Source: an uncultured virus (IMG/VR IMGVR_UViG_3300005617_000584)
Taxonomy: Duplodnaviria > Heunggongvirae > Uroviricota > Caudoviricetes
Direction: 5' to 3' (one strand)
IMG/VR virus record: IMGVR_UViG_3300005617_000584
DNA length: 64,000 nucleotides
Below are positions 16,282 through 26,367 of this stretch, piece after piece. The translations under genes were made by a program, and so were the position numbers. Under the pieces are notes generated by a model that saw nothing but the letters and a program-made list of their open reading frames with translations, made no database searches and was not told the origin of the DNA. Numbering within the stretch: the stretch's first letter is position 1; each line of letters starts with the position of its first letter.

Positions 16282-17330
16282 TACTCATCGGTCTACTCGT
16301 GATCCTGCTGTCTGGAACAGCGGACGCACAAGTAACGCTCTCCGGACCGGTCTCGCTCAATGGCGGCGCCTCGGCCATCATCGGGGTCGCCCCGCCGACC
16401 GTGAACGAATGTGATCTGCCCTTGAGCTTCGCTGGCAATCAAGGCGCCAACTGTATGCGGACCGTCTACAAGGCCAGCGTTTGGGATCGCCGCAGTGGCA
16501 TCACGTATGGCGCCGATCTCGGCCAGCAAAAACTTACGACAGACACCGATGGCACAGGCTCGGGCAATATCGTCGCCGCAATCCCTCCCGGGACGGCGGC
16601 CGCGCCCGGTTCGCACCCCTCGATGCGCCTGACGGGTAACGTGCCGCCGCAGACCGGATGGTTGGCCATGTATGACCCAGCCTCGCATCCCACGTATGGC
16701 GACGGTGAAACCTGTGTCGATTGGATGGATAGCGAAGTCAGCGGCGAAGGCTGTGGCGGCGCTGCCATCTTGATCACTGAAGGCAGCAATCAGACCACCG
16801 GCTCGTGTGGCGGCGGCAATGACGGCGCCGCGTATATCGGCATGGCCTGCGAGGCCAAAGGCACGGACACCCATCGCATTGAACGTATCAATACGTGTAC
16901 TGGCGCGCGGACCTCTCTGGCAACTGAAAGCCTCGCGGGGAAGATCGACGTCTATGGTGGATCTGTCCCTCCTGCGAACTGTGATCACAACCGGGGACAG
17001 TTGGACTGGCACATGTACTGCCAGTGGGTGCAGACGTGTTTGCGCCTCCAGACCAGCGGCGGCAACGTCACCCTCACGTTGCGCAGCTGGAGGGTTGGAA
17101 AATCTGGAGGCTGGGCCAAGGGCGATGCACAGAACAATGATCCCGGCCCGCCCTCGGGCACGACGACCTATACCCGCTACTTGATGGAAACAACGGCAGT
17201 CACCGAAGCGCGCCCGGCGAATATCGGCGCCACGGGACCGATCGGCATTGCAGGCGGGTCCCTCACGGGCTCCACCCAAGATGTCTCCGTCACGAACTTG
17301 CGATTCTCCGTAACGCCACAAGCGGACTAA
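16272..17330 (+). CDS. Cys-containing putative receptor-binding/lectin-like protein with signal-peptide-like N-terminus
   Basis: (M)LVILIGLLVILLSGTADA-Q; Gly/Thr/Cys-rich beta content. Confidence 0.7.
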   Translation: MLVILIGLLVILLSGTADAQVTLSGPVSLNGGASAIIGVAPPTVNECDLPLSFAGNQGANCMRTVYKASVWDRRSGITYGADLGQQKLTTDTDGTGSGNIVAAIPPGTAAAPGSHPSMRLTGNVPPQTGWLAMYDPASHPTYGDGETCVDWMDSEVSGEGCGGAAILITEGSNQTTGSCGGGNDGAAYIGMACEAKGTDTHRIERINTCTGARTSLATESLAGKIDVYGGSVPPANCDHNRGQLDWHMYCQWVQTCLRLQTSGGNVTLTLRSWRVGKSGGWAKGDAQNNDPGPPSGTTTYTRYLMETTAVTEARPANIGATGPIGIAGGSLTGSTQDVSVTNLRFSVTPQAD

Positions 17331-18605
17331 ATGGCTGAAACAGGACGGGGGTTTGATGTTCCCGGAGGTGGCGGCCCCGGCGAAGGGCCGATCGGCGGCA
17401 GTCCAGCCTTCTTTGAGCTCGCCGCAGACTCCGGGACCTTTGCCGTCACGGGCAGTACTGTTGCGCTGCGCCGCGCCGCCATGGCGGCGGCCGATGCAGG
17501 CACCTACGCCGTCACGGGCGCCGCCGTCACCCTCCTGCGTGCTGCGTATCTCGGTGGACTCAGCGGCGCCTTCGCCTTCACTGGCAGTGCCGTCACCTTC
17601 AGCGTCACCCCCCCAACCGCCTATGCCCTCACGGCCTCGAGTGGTAGTTTCGCCTTCACGGGTGCCGTCGCCACCCCGCGTGCCGCCCGCACCCTCCTTG
17701 CCGCATCTGGCGCCTTCGCCGTTACGGGCGCCGCCCTCAGCGCGCTCGCCACCCGACTCCTCACTGCCACCAGTGGGACATTTCTCTTTACTGGCAGCTC
17801 GGCGGGGACGGCTCATGGCGGCAGTGGACTCTTCTCGCTCTTCGGGGAAGATGGAGCGTTTACCTTCGCCGGGGTCGCCGCCGCCTTCAAGACGTCCATG
17901 GTCGCCACAGGCGGCAGCTTTGCCGTCTCCGGCGCCGACGCCAGCCTCACTGGTGGATTCCGTCTCAGTGCCGACGCGGGCACGTTCAGCGTCACTGGCA
18001 CCAGTATCACCTTTATCCATCACAGTCGCCTCAGTGCCGACTCCGATAGCTTTATCGTCACTGGCACCGACGCATCCCTGCAAACCATCAATGTATTCTC
18101 CCTCACGGCCGAGGCAGGCGTCTTTGCAGTCACGGGCACCACGACCCCGCTCAATCGAGGCATTGATGTAAGCGCCGAAGGCGGTGCCCTCACAGCAGGA
18201 GAGGCCCTCTGGAACTTCACGCTCGACTATGAAGGCCTCGGCGGCATCGGCGTGGAAGACACGTCACTCTTCTCCTTTACGGGAGGCGTCATCGCCGAAG
18301 GTGGCGCCATCGTCTCCAGCGGCGCCTTGATTGCCCGCACGGGAACATATCTCACGACGGGCGGCGGGGTTACGGCTGGCACTGCCCTCATGAGCGTCAC
18401 CCGTGGACTCACCGCCGCTGGCGGGGCTTTGAGCGGCGATGCCGCCGTGATCACACGCACTCGCCATTATCCCGCAACCGGCTTGGCGACCACAGGAGGC
18501 AGTGCAGTCTTTACCGTCCTGGATGTCTCTGGACGGGTCGCCATCCGATTCACGAGCGATACCGTCTCCGTGAGCACGCTCATTGAGCAGGAGGTCACGA
18601 TATGA
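17331..18605 (+). CDS. Repeat-rich structural/fibre protein
   Basis: Recurring A.(A/S)G.F.(V/F)TG units roughly every 20 aa. Confidence 0.8.
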   Translation: MAETGRGFDVPGGGGPGEGPIGGSPAFFELAADSGTFAVTGSTVALRRAAMAAADAGTYAVTGAAVTLLRAAYLGGLSGAFAFTGSAVTFSVTPPTAYALTASSGSFAFTGAVATPRAARTLLAASGAFAVTGAALSALATRLLTATSGTFLFTGSSAGTAHGGSGLFSLFGEDGAFTFAGVAAAFKTSMVATGGSFAVSGADASLTGGFRLSADAGTFSVTGTSITFIHHSRLSADSDSFIVTGTDASLQTINVFSLTAEAGVFAVTGTTTPLNRGIDVSAEGGALTAGEALWNFTLDYEGLGGIGVEDTSLFSFTGGVIAEGGAIVSSGALIARTGTYLTTGGGVTAGTALMSVTRGLTAAGGALSGDAAVITRTRHYPATGLATTGGSAVFTVLDVSGRVAIRFTSDTVSVSTLIEQEVTI

Positions 18606-18979
18606 GGTCCCACACCGAGGTTGATATTTTCGAAGTCCCAGAACTCTCCACCCCTGTCTACCGCTCCGCCCTCATCGATGATCTCGGCGAACCGGTGCAA
18701 GGCGCCCTACTCACCACCCTCACATTGACGGTCCTCCAAGAATATACCCTCGCCGTCGTCAATGGACGTGATGGGCAGGACGTATTGAATACCAATGGCG
18801 TGACGATCGATACCGACGGGATGTTGCGTTGGGGGCTCACTGTGGACGATACCGTGATCCTCAACGATGCCCTGAGGAAGGAGATGCACCGCGCCCTCTT
18901 CGCTTGGACGTTTGACAGTGGAACGAAATCTGGCAATAAAGAGGTGATTATCATGATCACAAATCGAGTGGGGTTGTAA
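18602..18979 (+). CDS. Small beta-rich structural protein
   Basis: aggaggt RBS; coupled to the upstream gene. Confidence 0.7.
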   Translation: MRSHTEVDIFEVPELSTPVYRSALIDDLGEPVQGALLTTLTLTVLQEYTLAVVNGRDGQDVLNTNGVTIDTDGMLRWGLTVDDTVILNDALRKEMHRALFAWTFDSGTKSGNKEVIIMITNRVGL

Positions 18980-19287
18980 TGGTGACCGAGACCTGCTGGG
19001 AAGAGACCTGTAAAGACGACGATGTCTGCGACATCGAAGAGGTGTGGTTCGACTACGGCTTCGCCTCCAACAGTCGCAGTAAGTACATTTCAGGGAAGGT
19101 AGTGTGTGATCACAACCATCCGATCTCACTGTGCCGCAAGCACGCGTCCGATGGCGCCGCGCAGATTGCCTATCAGTCACTTCAGATTGCCAACACCAAT
19201 GGGTTCTATCCCCAGCGCTGGTGGGTGCGGTTTGCCAACGGCGTGATCTTCGGCGGCTTCATCTTCCCGCCCATGTCCATGAACTAA
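18979..19287 (+). CDS. Hypothetical protein
   Basis: TAATG-coupled on both sides. Confidence 0.6.
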   Translation: MVTETCWEETCKDDDVCDIEEVWFDYGFASNSRSKYISGKVVCDHNHPISLCRKHASDGAAQIAYQSLQIANTNGFYPQRWWVRFANGVIFGGFIFPPMSMN

Positions 19288-20849
19288 TGACGGCGACTCC
19301 CAAGGGCTCGACGATCTCGCGGCGGCTGGCGCTCCGCTACGTGATGAAGCACCCCATCGGCTTTCGGGAGTACTTCGTCCCCCGCGTCCGCAAGGTGCGC
19401 TACTGGCATCGCTATTCGTTTTCTCCGATTCTCCTGGCCATGGATCAGGGCGATACGGTCTTTGCCGCTGGCCGCGCAGTCGGGAAATCCTTCACGATCA
19501 TCGAACCGGAGCTCGTGCGTCATGCCATCAGTCACCCAGGGGAAGAATCCATGGTGACCTCGCTCCGCAAAATGCACGTCTCAGACCGCATGGAACGCGT
19601 CATCGATTACTTCGAACATCCAATCCTGGCCATGTTCGTTCGGCACGTTGGAAAAGCTCCGACCTATCACATCACCCTCCATCACGGCCACATGCTGTAT
19701 GGAATTAGTGTCGGTGACGATGCCGAAGCGCGCATGGTCCAGGGTAAACACGTGGGCCTCCTCGTCATTGAGGAGGCCCACCAGTACCCCATGCGGGGCT
19801 GGATCAAGCTGCAGGGCGCCAAGGACGCGAAGGGCTGTCGGACCCTGATGGCGGGAGTCCCCGATGGGCGCATTGATACACCATTTCGCTATGCGGACTC
19901 CAAGTACGACACCTTCATCGGCCGTCGCTTCCATCTCAGCCGCCGCACGGATCCTTATTTCAACGAACCCTTTCGGAAATCCATGGCCGAAGTCTTCGGC
20001 GGCGAGAACAGCGATCGGTTCCTCCAGGAGATGGAAGCCGAATGGGGCTCGCCGAGCTGGTCCGCGTGGGACCTCGAGGCCATTCAGCGGTGCATGAGCC
20101 GGGAGCTGCTCAAGATCCACATCACCGCGAGCGCCAAGATGTTCACGGATCACGGGCTCACGGCCTCCGTGATCCTCGATGCGCTCCCGGGGCCGGTCCG
20201 CAAGGGCGGCGCCGTCATCATCGCCGCCGATATCGGCTACTCGCAGCCCTCGGAAGCGGCCGCGTTCCAGGATTTCGATGGCATCTGGCACATGATCGCC
20301 CGCGTCTCGCTGGTCGATCGCATGGAGCACGACGACCAGGCGCTGATCATCGGGGAATTCGCCCGCCGCTATGGCGCGGCCCTGATCGGTCTAGATGCGA
20401 CAGAAGGCGAAGGTCGCGCCATCGCGACCGAGCTCGAGCGTCTGCCGGAGTTCAAGGGGCTCGTGCGCAAGGTCAGCTTCGTCGAGAAGTACCTCACGGG
20501 CTGGACCGAGAACAAGGAAACCGGCGTGATGGAGGAAGACGAAGAGTTCGTCAAGCCCCTGTCGACCCGCAAGCTCCGTGAACTGTGGGCGCGCCAGGAA
20601 CTGATCATCCCCGTGGATGACGGCTTCCTCGCCGACTTCAACAAAGAAGTGGAATACCGCTCTCCGTCCACGGGCAAGAGCCTGGTGAAGACGCCGGAAG
20701 ATGTCCACGTGACGGATATGTGTCGCGTGTTTGCAATGGTGCTGTTCATTGAGCATCCGCCTGAGCCGGAGGAACGCGATGAATTTAATCTGCCTGAATT
20801 TGGCGAACCCGACTACGCGCGGATCAATCCGCAGCACGTGATCATTTAA
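19287..20849 (+). CDS. terL: Terminase large subunit
   Basis: Walker A AGRAVGKS, Walker B LLVIEEA, RNase H-like nuclease AADIG and D(A)TEGEG motifs. Confidence 0.9.
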   Translation: MTATPKGSTISRRLALRYVMKHPIGFREYFVPRVRKVRYWHRYSFSPILLAMDQGDTVFAAGRAVGKSFTIIEPELVRHAISHPGEESMVTSLRKMHVSDRMERVIDYFEHPILAMFVRHVGKAPTYHITLHHGHMLYGISVGDDAEARMVQGKHVGLLVIEEAHQYPMRGWIKLQGAKDAKGCRTLMAGVPDGRIDTPFRYADSKYDTFIGRRFHLSRRTDPYFNEPFRKSMAEVFGGENSDRFLQEMEAEWGSPSWSAWDLEAIQRCMSRELLKIHITASAKMFTDHGLTASVILDALPGPVRKGGAVIIAADIGYSQPSEAAAFQDFDGIWHMIARVSLVDRMEHDDQALIIGEFARRYGAALIGLDATEGEGRAIATELERLPEFKGLVRKVSFVEKYLTGWTENKETGVMEEDEEFVKPLSTRKLRELWARQELIIPVDDGFLADFNKEVEYRSPSTGKSLVKTPEDVHVTDMCRVFAMVLFIEHPPEPEERDEFNLPEFGEPDYARINPQHVII

Positions 20850-20861
20850 GGAGATCCTACC

Positions 20862-22574
20862 ATGCCCCGAGCCCCAGCCAGCCCCATGCAACTGTACGGT
20901 GGAATGACCGAGCGGGCTGTGGCCCCTGCCGACGACGACTTCAGCAAGCTGGTAGCGTCGACGCGTGGGGATATGGCGGGGGCACCCGTCTCCCAGTTGC
21001 GGCATCCGGTCTCGTATCAGCAGCGCGTCATCCGAATGTGGGAAGCCTATGCCACGGACCCACTCTTCCGGAAGCTCATCGATCGCGTGGTCGATATGGT
21101 CGCCAACGGCTTCACCTGGGAGGTTCAGGGCGAAGAGTCTAATGGCCCGCAGTCCTGGCTCGATCGGCTGGAGAACTGGATCACCCACAAAGAGTCCAAG
21201 ATCGACCGTGAGGAAGACGTCTGGAACGCGTGGAGTGAAGAGATCAACTTGGACGTCCCGAACACCCCTCAGGGCCTCATTCATGTCATTCGGTGGGCAG
21301 CCCGCCATCTGCTCCTCAGTGGGATGTTCGTGCCCCATTGGGAGTACGGGACCTTCAAATTCGGCAAGCAGCTCTTCCGATTTCCGATGCAGTTGACGTG
21401 CTACCCGAGCAGCGCCATCACGTTGAACCGGACCGCCTCCCTCTTCATGGAAGAGCAAGTCCTCTTGATGATGCCGAAGGGCCAGCATATGACGGAGAAC
21501 ATTCCGATTGAAGCCCCGCAAATCGGCATGGCCAGCGATAACCTCCGGCCCCTGCCCTTGATCGGGGAAAGCGACGACACTGAAGCCTTCTGCCTGAAGT
21601 ATAACTGGTCCCCGGGCGATCTCACGACGACCCGCATCGGCCAGTACGTCCAGACCACGTGGGGCACGTATCCCTCGCCCCCGTTCGTGACGTTGCTACC
21701 TCAGTTTTCGCTCCGTCAGAAGCTCTTCGCGGCTGACAACGCCCTGACGGACGGCATCATGAACTTTATCAAGGTCTACAAGATCGGCGACAAGGACCAC
21801 CCGCCGCGCCCCGCGAAGAAGAACGCTGCAGGCGCCATCCTCGAACCCGGCACCATCGCCCAGATCAAGGAGCTCATCGAATCCGGCCAGGCGGGACCGG
21901 CCATGAGTCTGTATCTGCCGTACTACGTCGAGCTCGAGATTAAGATGCCCGACGCCCAGGTCTTGATGAACGAGGAGAAGTACGTGGCCTCAACGCTCGA
22001 AATCATGCAGGCCTTCGGGATCATCACGTCCCGCACGGCCGCTGGCCGGAACGAAAAGATGGAGCGCCTCAATACGGCTGGCTTCGAGGACATGCTCACA
22101 GGCATCCGCCAGCACATCGGCGCCTTCCTGCAGCGCATGGCCCGGCGCACCCTCGAGCTCAATCGGGGGCTGACCCAGCTGCCCACGTGGGTCCCGAACC
22201 CCCTGAATACCAAGAGCGAGGAATTCATCAAGGAGATCCACGAGCTCATGAAGGTCGGGCGAGTATCCTCCAAGACGCTGTTGCGGTATCATCAGATGGA
22301 TGAGCAAGTCGAAAAGCGTCGGATCGCCCAAGATTTGGCGACGGATTCTGACGATATGTTTGACCTCAATGTGCCGACGAGCTTCATCCAGCAGACCGTG
22401 CAACAGGATGTGGGTCAACCTGGGACGCAAGAGGTGCCAAATGTCAACCCTGATCCGACCAAACAGCCGCCTGGACGGCCTGGCAAAACCACTGCGTTGC
22501 CACCAACTATGCAACGAGGTCGACCGAAGGGTGGGGCGAAACCCAAATCGGGGAAGTCGAAGAGCGCAAACTAA
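20862..22574 (+). CDS. Portal protein
   Basis: 570 aa directly after terL; YATDPLFRKLID, helical core, low-complexity tail. Confidence 0.8.
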   Translation: MPRAPASPMQLYGGMTERAVAPADDDFSKLVASTRGDMAGAPVSQLRHPVSYQQRVIRMWEAYATDPLFRKLIDRVVDMVANGFTWEVQGEESNGPQSWLDRLENWITHKESKIDREEDVWNAWSEEINLDVPNTPQGLIHVIRWAARHLLLSGMFVPHWEYGTFKFGKQLFRFPMQLTCYPSSAITLNRTASLFMEEQVLLMMPKGQHMTENIPIEAPQIGMASDNLRPLPLIGESDDTEAFCLKYNWSPGDLTTTRIGQYVQTTWGTYPSPPFVTLLPQFSLRQKLFAADNALTDGIMNFIKVYKIGDKDHPPRPAKKNAAGAILEPGTIAQIKELIESGQAGPAMSLYLPYYVELEIKMPDAQVLMNEEKYVASTLEIMQAFGIITSRTAAGRNEKMERLNTAGFEDMLTGIRQHIGAFLQRMARRTLELNRGLTQLPTWVPNPLNTKSEEFIKEIHELMKVGRVSSKTLLRYHQMDEQVEKRRIAQDLATDSDDMFDLNVPTSFIQQTVQQDVGQPGTQEVPNVNPDPTKQPPGRPGKTTALPPTMQRGRPKGGAKPKSGKSKSAN

Positions 22575-22769
22575 CATCTACGTCATCCGCCGCCTGAAAA
22601 TCATGCGGGCGGTCTGGTGGCGGAGTTATGATATGGCACCGGGACGACTCCGCAAGGGTACCGGCCACTGGGGTTGTAATCACTGCCGGGACCGCGACTA
22701 CAAGGAGTATCGCTATTATCGGCCGCTCTACAAATTCATCTACAAACTGAATCTGCGCGAGGAGTATGC

Positions 22770-23411
22770 ATGGCCCCCCTCATCTCCGTAGTCATCCCGA
22801 CTCGGCGTCACGAGTCGTTTGCCGTGACAGCGGCGTCCTTGATGGATCAGACCTTCCAGGACTTCGAAGTCATCACGATCGTGGACACCGAGCTCAAGGG
22901 CCAATCCTGGGCACGGAATCAGGGGATTTCCATGGCGCGTGGGCAATACACTCTCTTTTCCGATAGCGATATCGAGTGGCGAGCAAACGCCATCGAAACC
23001 CTCCTCCGCACTCTCACGTATGCCGTGCCTGCGCCACTTTTCAAGGTGGGCTACGCCTACGGCGGTTACGAGCTCTACCAGCGGGTCTTTGGAGCATTTG
23101 GCGCACCGCACCGGGAAATCCTCGATACCGTCTGCATGCGCCCCTGGCAATGGGATGATCTCCTCCACTATCCCTACATTTCCACGATGTCGTTGGTACA
23201 AACCGACCTATGTAGACGGTACCCATTCCGTGAGGAGCTCCGGCGCCTGGAAGACTGGGCGTTGTGGATCGAATTGGGTCTGGCGGGCTTTTGTGGCGCC
23301 TGGTGCGAGGAGGTCATCTTTTCCACTCGCCTCCGCTCCGGGATCTCCCATGATGGTCCGATCGACCACGCCACCGCTGAACAGTATATGCGCAGCCTCC
23401 TGAAGCTATGA
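22770..23411 (+). CDS. Glycosyltransferase family 2
   Basis: ISVVIPT, ARNQG, FSDSD, EDW motifs. Confidence 0.92.
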   Translation: MAPLISVVIPTRRHESFAVTAASLMDQTFQDFEVITIVDTELKGQSWARNQGISMARGQYTLFSDSDIEWRANAIETLLRTLTYAVPAPLFKVGYAYGGYELYQRVFGAFGAPHREILDTVCMRPWQWDDLLHYPYISTMSLVQTDLCRRYPFREELRRLEDWALWIELGLAGFCGAWCEEVIFSTRLRSGISHDGPIDHATAEQYMRSLLKL

Positions 23412-24112
23412 AACAATTGTTCAATGACATCGACGTAGCCCTCCTGATTCCCTGGCGGCCCAGCACCCCGGAACGTCAGAAAATCTTCACCTGGGTGGCA
23501 TTGCGCTGGACAAGCATCTTCCCCCGCATCCGCCACTACATCGGCCACGGGCCGTTTGGTGGAGAATTCAATCGGAGCGCCGCGCGCAACCACGCGGCGA
23601 ATCTGGCCGATGGCGCCAAAATCTTCATCCTCGCCGATGCGGACACCGTGCCCCAGCCTGATGTCTTAATCAGCGCGATCTACGACGCCATGGCCGAACA
23701 GCGGTGCGTCCTACCCTATACCACCTACTACAATCTCAGGCCCGAAGAGACCCGGGCCATCCTGAAGAAGAAGGTCGACGCGCCGCTGCCCGAGCCCACC
23801 AAGTGGATCTACAAGCTGGACGATTCGATCAGCGGGTGTGTCGTCATCCCGAGCCGGATTTTCTACATGGTCGGGGGATTCGACGAGCGGTTCCAGGCGT
23901 GGGGCGAAGAGGATCGCGCCTTCATTGAGGCCGTCGAGGTGATCCACCAACCCATCCATCGCCTCCCCGGGTACGTGCTACATCTCTATCACGACGCCCC
24001 CGAGAGCGTCCGCTTCGAAAACCCGCATTACGCCGCGAATCAAGCGCTGTATCACCGCTATCGTGCCTGCACCACCAAGGAAGACATGCTCCGCGTGAGG
24101 TTCGGCTCGTGA
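23408..24112 (+). CDS. Glycosyltransferase (GT2/GT7-C-like)
   Basis: FNRSAARN, DAD, GGFDERFQAWGEED, HLYH. Confidence 0.9.
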   Translation: MKQLFNDIDVALLIPWRPSTPERQKIFTWVALRWTSIFPRIRHYIGHGPFGGEFNRSAARNHAANLADGAKIFILADADTVPQPDVLISAIYDAMAEQRCVLPYTTYYNLRPEETRAILKKKVDAPLPEPTKWIYKLDDSISGCVVIPSRIFYMVGGFDERFQAWGEEDRAFIEAVEVIHQPIHRLPGYVLHLYHDAPESVRFENPHYAANQALYHRYRACTTKEDMLRVRFGS

Positions 24113-25284
24113 GGCTCGCGATCGTGGGGCTCGGCAAGCTCGGCGCCCCGATGGCGGCCGTCGCCGCGTCGAACCTCCATACCGTGGTCGGCGTGGATGC
24201 CGACTCTCGTACCGTCGCCGCCATCAACCAACGCATAGCCCCAGTTCAGGAGACTGGGCTGCAGGAGCTCATCTCGAGCCTGCCAGCAGGCCAGCTTACC
24301 GCGACCACCAGCATCCGGGAGGCCGTTGAAGTCTCCGATGTGGTGATCGTCATGGTGCCGACGCCCTCGCTCCCCAGCGGCGCCTTCGATCCTACCCTGG
24401 TGGTGAACGTGGCCACCGCGATCGCGCGCTCCGTCCACCACTTCACCACCGTCGTCGTGGGCAGCACGGTCTCTCCTGGCACCACGAACGGGGTCGTCAA
24501 AACCGCGCTGCAGTCCACGGGCTTGCGGGTCGGCCATACGTGTGGCCTGGTCTACTCCCCGGAGTTCATCGCCCTGGGCAGCGTCATCCGGGATCTCCGT
24601 CATCCCGACATGATCCTCGTTGGCGCGGATGATCCGCTCTCACGGACGCTCTACGCGGATGTGGTCGCCGGTCCCGTGATGCCGACGCATCTAACGATCG
24701 TCGAAGCTGAGATCGCCAAGCTGGCCCTGAACTGCTACATCACCACCAAAATCTCGTTTGCGAACATGATCGCCGATGTCTGTACCGCCTACAACGCGAA
24801 CCCCCACCAAGTCCTTCATGCCATTGGGAAGGACTCACGGATCGGCAACAAGTACTTCAAGGCGGGCGGTCCGTTCGGGGGTCCCTGCTTCCCCCGAGAT
24901 GGGAGCGCGATGATTGCAGCGGCCCATGCCGTCAACAGAAAGGCGCTTATCGTGGATGCCACAGTCAGCGTGAATACCGATGTCATCACGTCCATTTTCC
25001 GTGAGGCAGTGCCCTTCAAATCGATTGCGATCCTGGGGATGACCTACAAGACCGAGACGCACGTGACGGAACAGTCCCTCGGCACGCGCTTGCTCGCGAT
25101 GTTCACCGAGTGGCCGTTCCCCCGGCATGTCTATACCCATGATCCTCAGCTCAATGGTGGCGACCCCCAGGGGTTCGTGCGCGCCGTCGATTGCGTGATT
25201 CTTGCCACGCAATGGCCAGAATACACGCAACTGGACTACAGTGGCAAACATGTCATCGATCCATGGGGGATGCTGCGGAAATGA
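24109..25284 (+). CDS. UDP-glucose/GDP-mannose dehydrogenase family protein
   Basis: GLGKLG Rossmann motif, VPTP, STV.PG, PEF, GGPCFPRD. Confidence 0.93.
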   Translation: MRLAIVGLGKLGAPMAAVAASNLHTVVGVDADSRTVAAINQRIAPVQETGLQELISSLPAGQLTATTSIREAVEVSDVVIVMVPTPSLPSGAFDPTLVVNVATAIARSVHHFTTVVVGSTVSPGTTNGVVKTALQSTGLRVGHTCGLVYSPEFIALGSVIRDLRHPDMILVGADDPLSRTLYADVVAGPVMPTHLTIVEAEIAKLALNCYITTKISFANMIADVCTAYNANPHQVLHAIGKDSRIGNKYFKAGGPFGGPCFPRDGSAMIAAAHAVNRKALIVDATVSVNTDVITSIFREAVPFKSIAILGMTYKTETHVTEQSLGTRLLAMFTEWPFPRHVYTHDPQLNGGDPQGFVRAVDCVILATQWPEYTQLDYSGKHVIDPWGMLRK

Positions 25285-26087
25285 ATGTTACCTTTCGAGG
25301 GCTCGGCAATGTTGGGCGCCTAGGCAATCAACTCCATCAGATCGCCGCGACGATCGGGATCGCGAGTCGGAATACGGCGATGCGAGCCTGCTTGCCGACC
25401 AACTGGAAATACCGTCCCTACTTTTCCATCCCAGACACGTACTTCTCGGACGACATCGGCTTCCCCGCTGAGAATTTTAATACTGGCGCGGACGAGCGGC
25501 ATCGGATCTACCTCCAGGACGTGCGACTGTGGGATAATGTACGGGATGAGATTCGGGAGATCTTCAAGCCCTCACGAACGGCTCGTGAGATCATCGCCAA
25601 GACCCAATTTTGGTATACAGATCTACCCTACAAGACCGCCCTGCATGTGCGGCGCACGGATGCGGTCGGGATCCCGAAGCTCTTTCCGCTCCCGGATCTC
25701 GAGACGTACTATCGCCCTGCGCTGGCGCTTGTCAAGGATCCCGTGGTGGTGTTCTCGGACGACATCGATTGGTGCGCGGAACAATTCCCGATTGCCTTCC
25801 CGGATCGGACCTTCGAATTCTTTGGCGGCATTCCGCATCCTAAGGAAGGGGAACCTGGGTACGAGAACCACGAGGCGCTTGATTGGATCGATCTGTTCAT
25901 GATGACCCAGGCCAACGCCCATATCATCGCCAATTCGAGCTACTCCTGGTGGGGCGCCTGGTTGTCAGAGGACGAGACCCTGATCTACCCCTCGGCCTGG
26001 TGGGGACCGGACATCCTTGCGTTCGCCGATCCCCGGCTTCTCTTTCTCGATCCACGATGGAGGGTGATCGATGTTCAGCAAGGTTAA
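25281..26087 (+). CDS. GT11 alpha-1,2-fucosyltransferase-like protein
   Basis: GRLGNQL, HVRRTD, FSDD..WC, IANSSYSWWGAWL. Confidence 0.92.
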   Translation: MNVTFRGLGNVGRLGNQLHQIAATIGIASRNTAMRACLPTNWKYRPYFSIPDTYFSDDIGFPAENFNTGADERHRIYLQDVRLWDNVRDEIREIFKPSRTAREIIAKTQFWYTDLPYKTALHVRRTDAVGIPKLFPLPDLETYYRPALALVKDPVVVFSDDIDWCAEQFPIAFPDRTFEFFGGIPHPKEGEPGYENHEALDWIDLFMMTQANAHIIANSSYSWWGAWLSEDETLIYPSAWWGPDILAFADPRLLFLDPRWRVIDVQQG

Positions 26088-26367
26088 GGAGCTCATCGCG
26101 GTATTCCGCACCAAGATCCAACCACCAGAGACCGACAAACAACGAATCACGAAATGGGTCATGAAAAACATCTGTCCCGACTGCGGAGGAAAGGGATTTC
26201 ACGAGGGACCATCAGGCGGTATATCGCAGAACATTTTGTGCGGCAATGCCGACTGTGGAAGCCGCTTCAACTTCATGGGTGAGCTCGGGGTGGAACGCAT
26301 CTCCGATCCAAGCCCAAACGCCGACTCGGCCCACGCCAAAGCTCAGAACCTGGCCAACCACCCATGA
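26071..26367 (+). CDS. Small Zn-ribbon-like protein
   Basis: CPDC...C...C; C-terminal SAHAKA motif. Confidence 0.6.
   Translation: MFSKVKELIAVFRTKIQPPETDKQRITKWVMKNICPDCGGKGFHEGPSGGISQNILCGNADCGSRFNFMGELGVERISDPSPNADSAHAKAQNLANHP

Noticed and set aside
15228..18083. Long minus-strand ORFs (15228-16244, 16293-18083 and similar elsewhere)
   Set aside because: Antisense shadows of GC-rich, low-complexity plus-strand genes.
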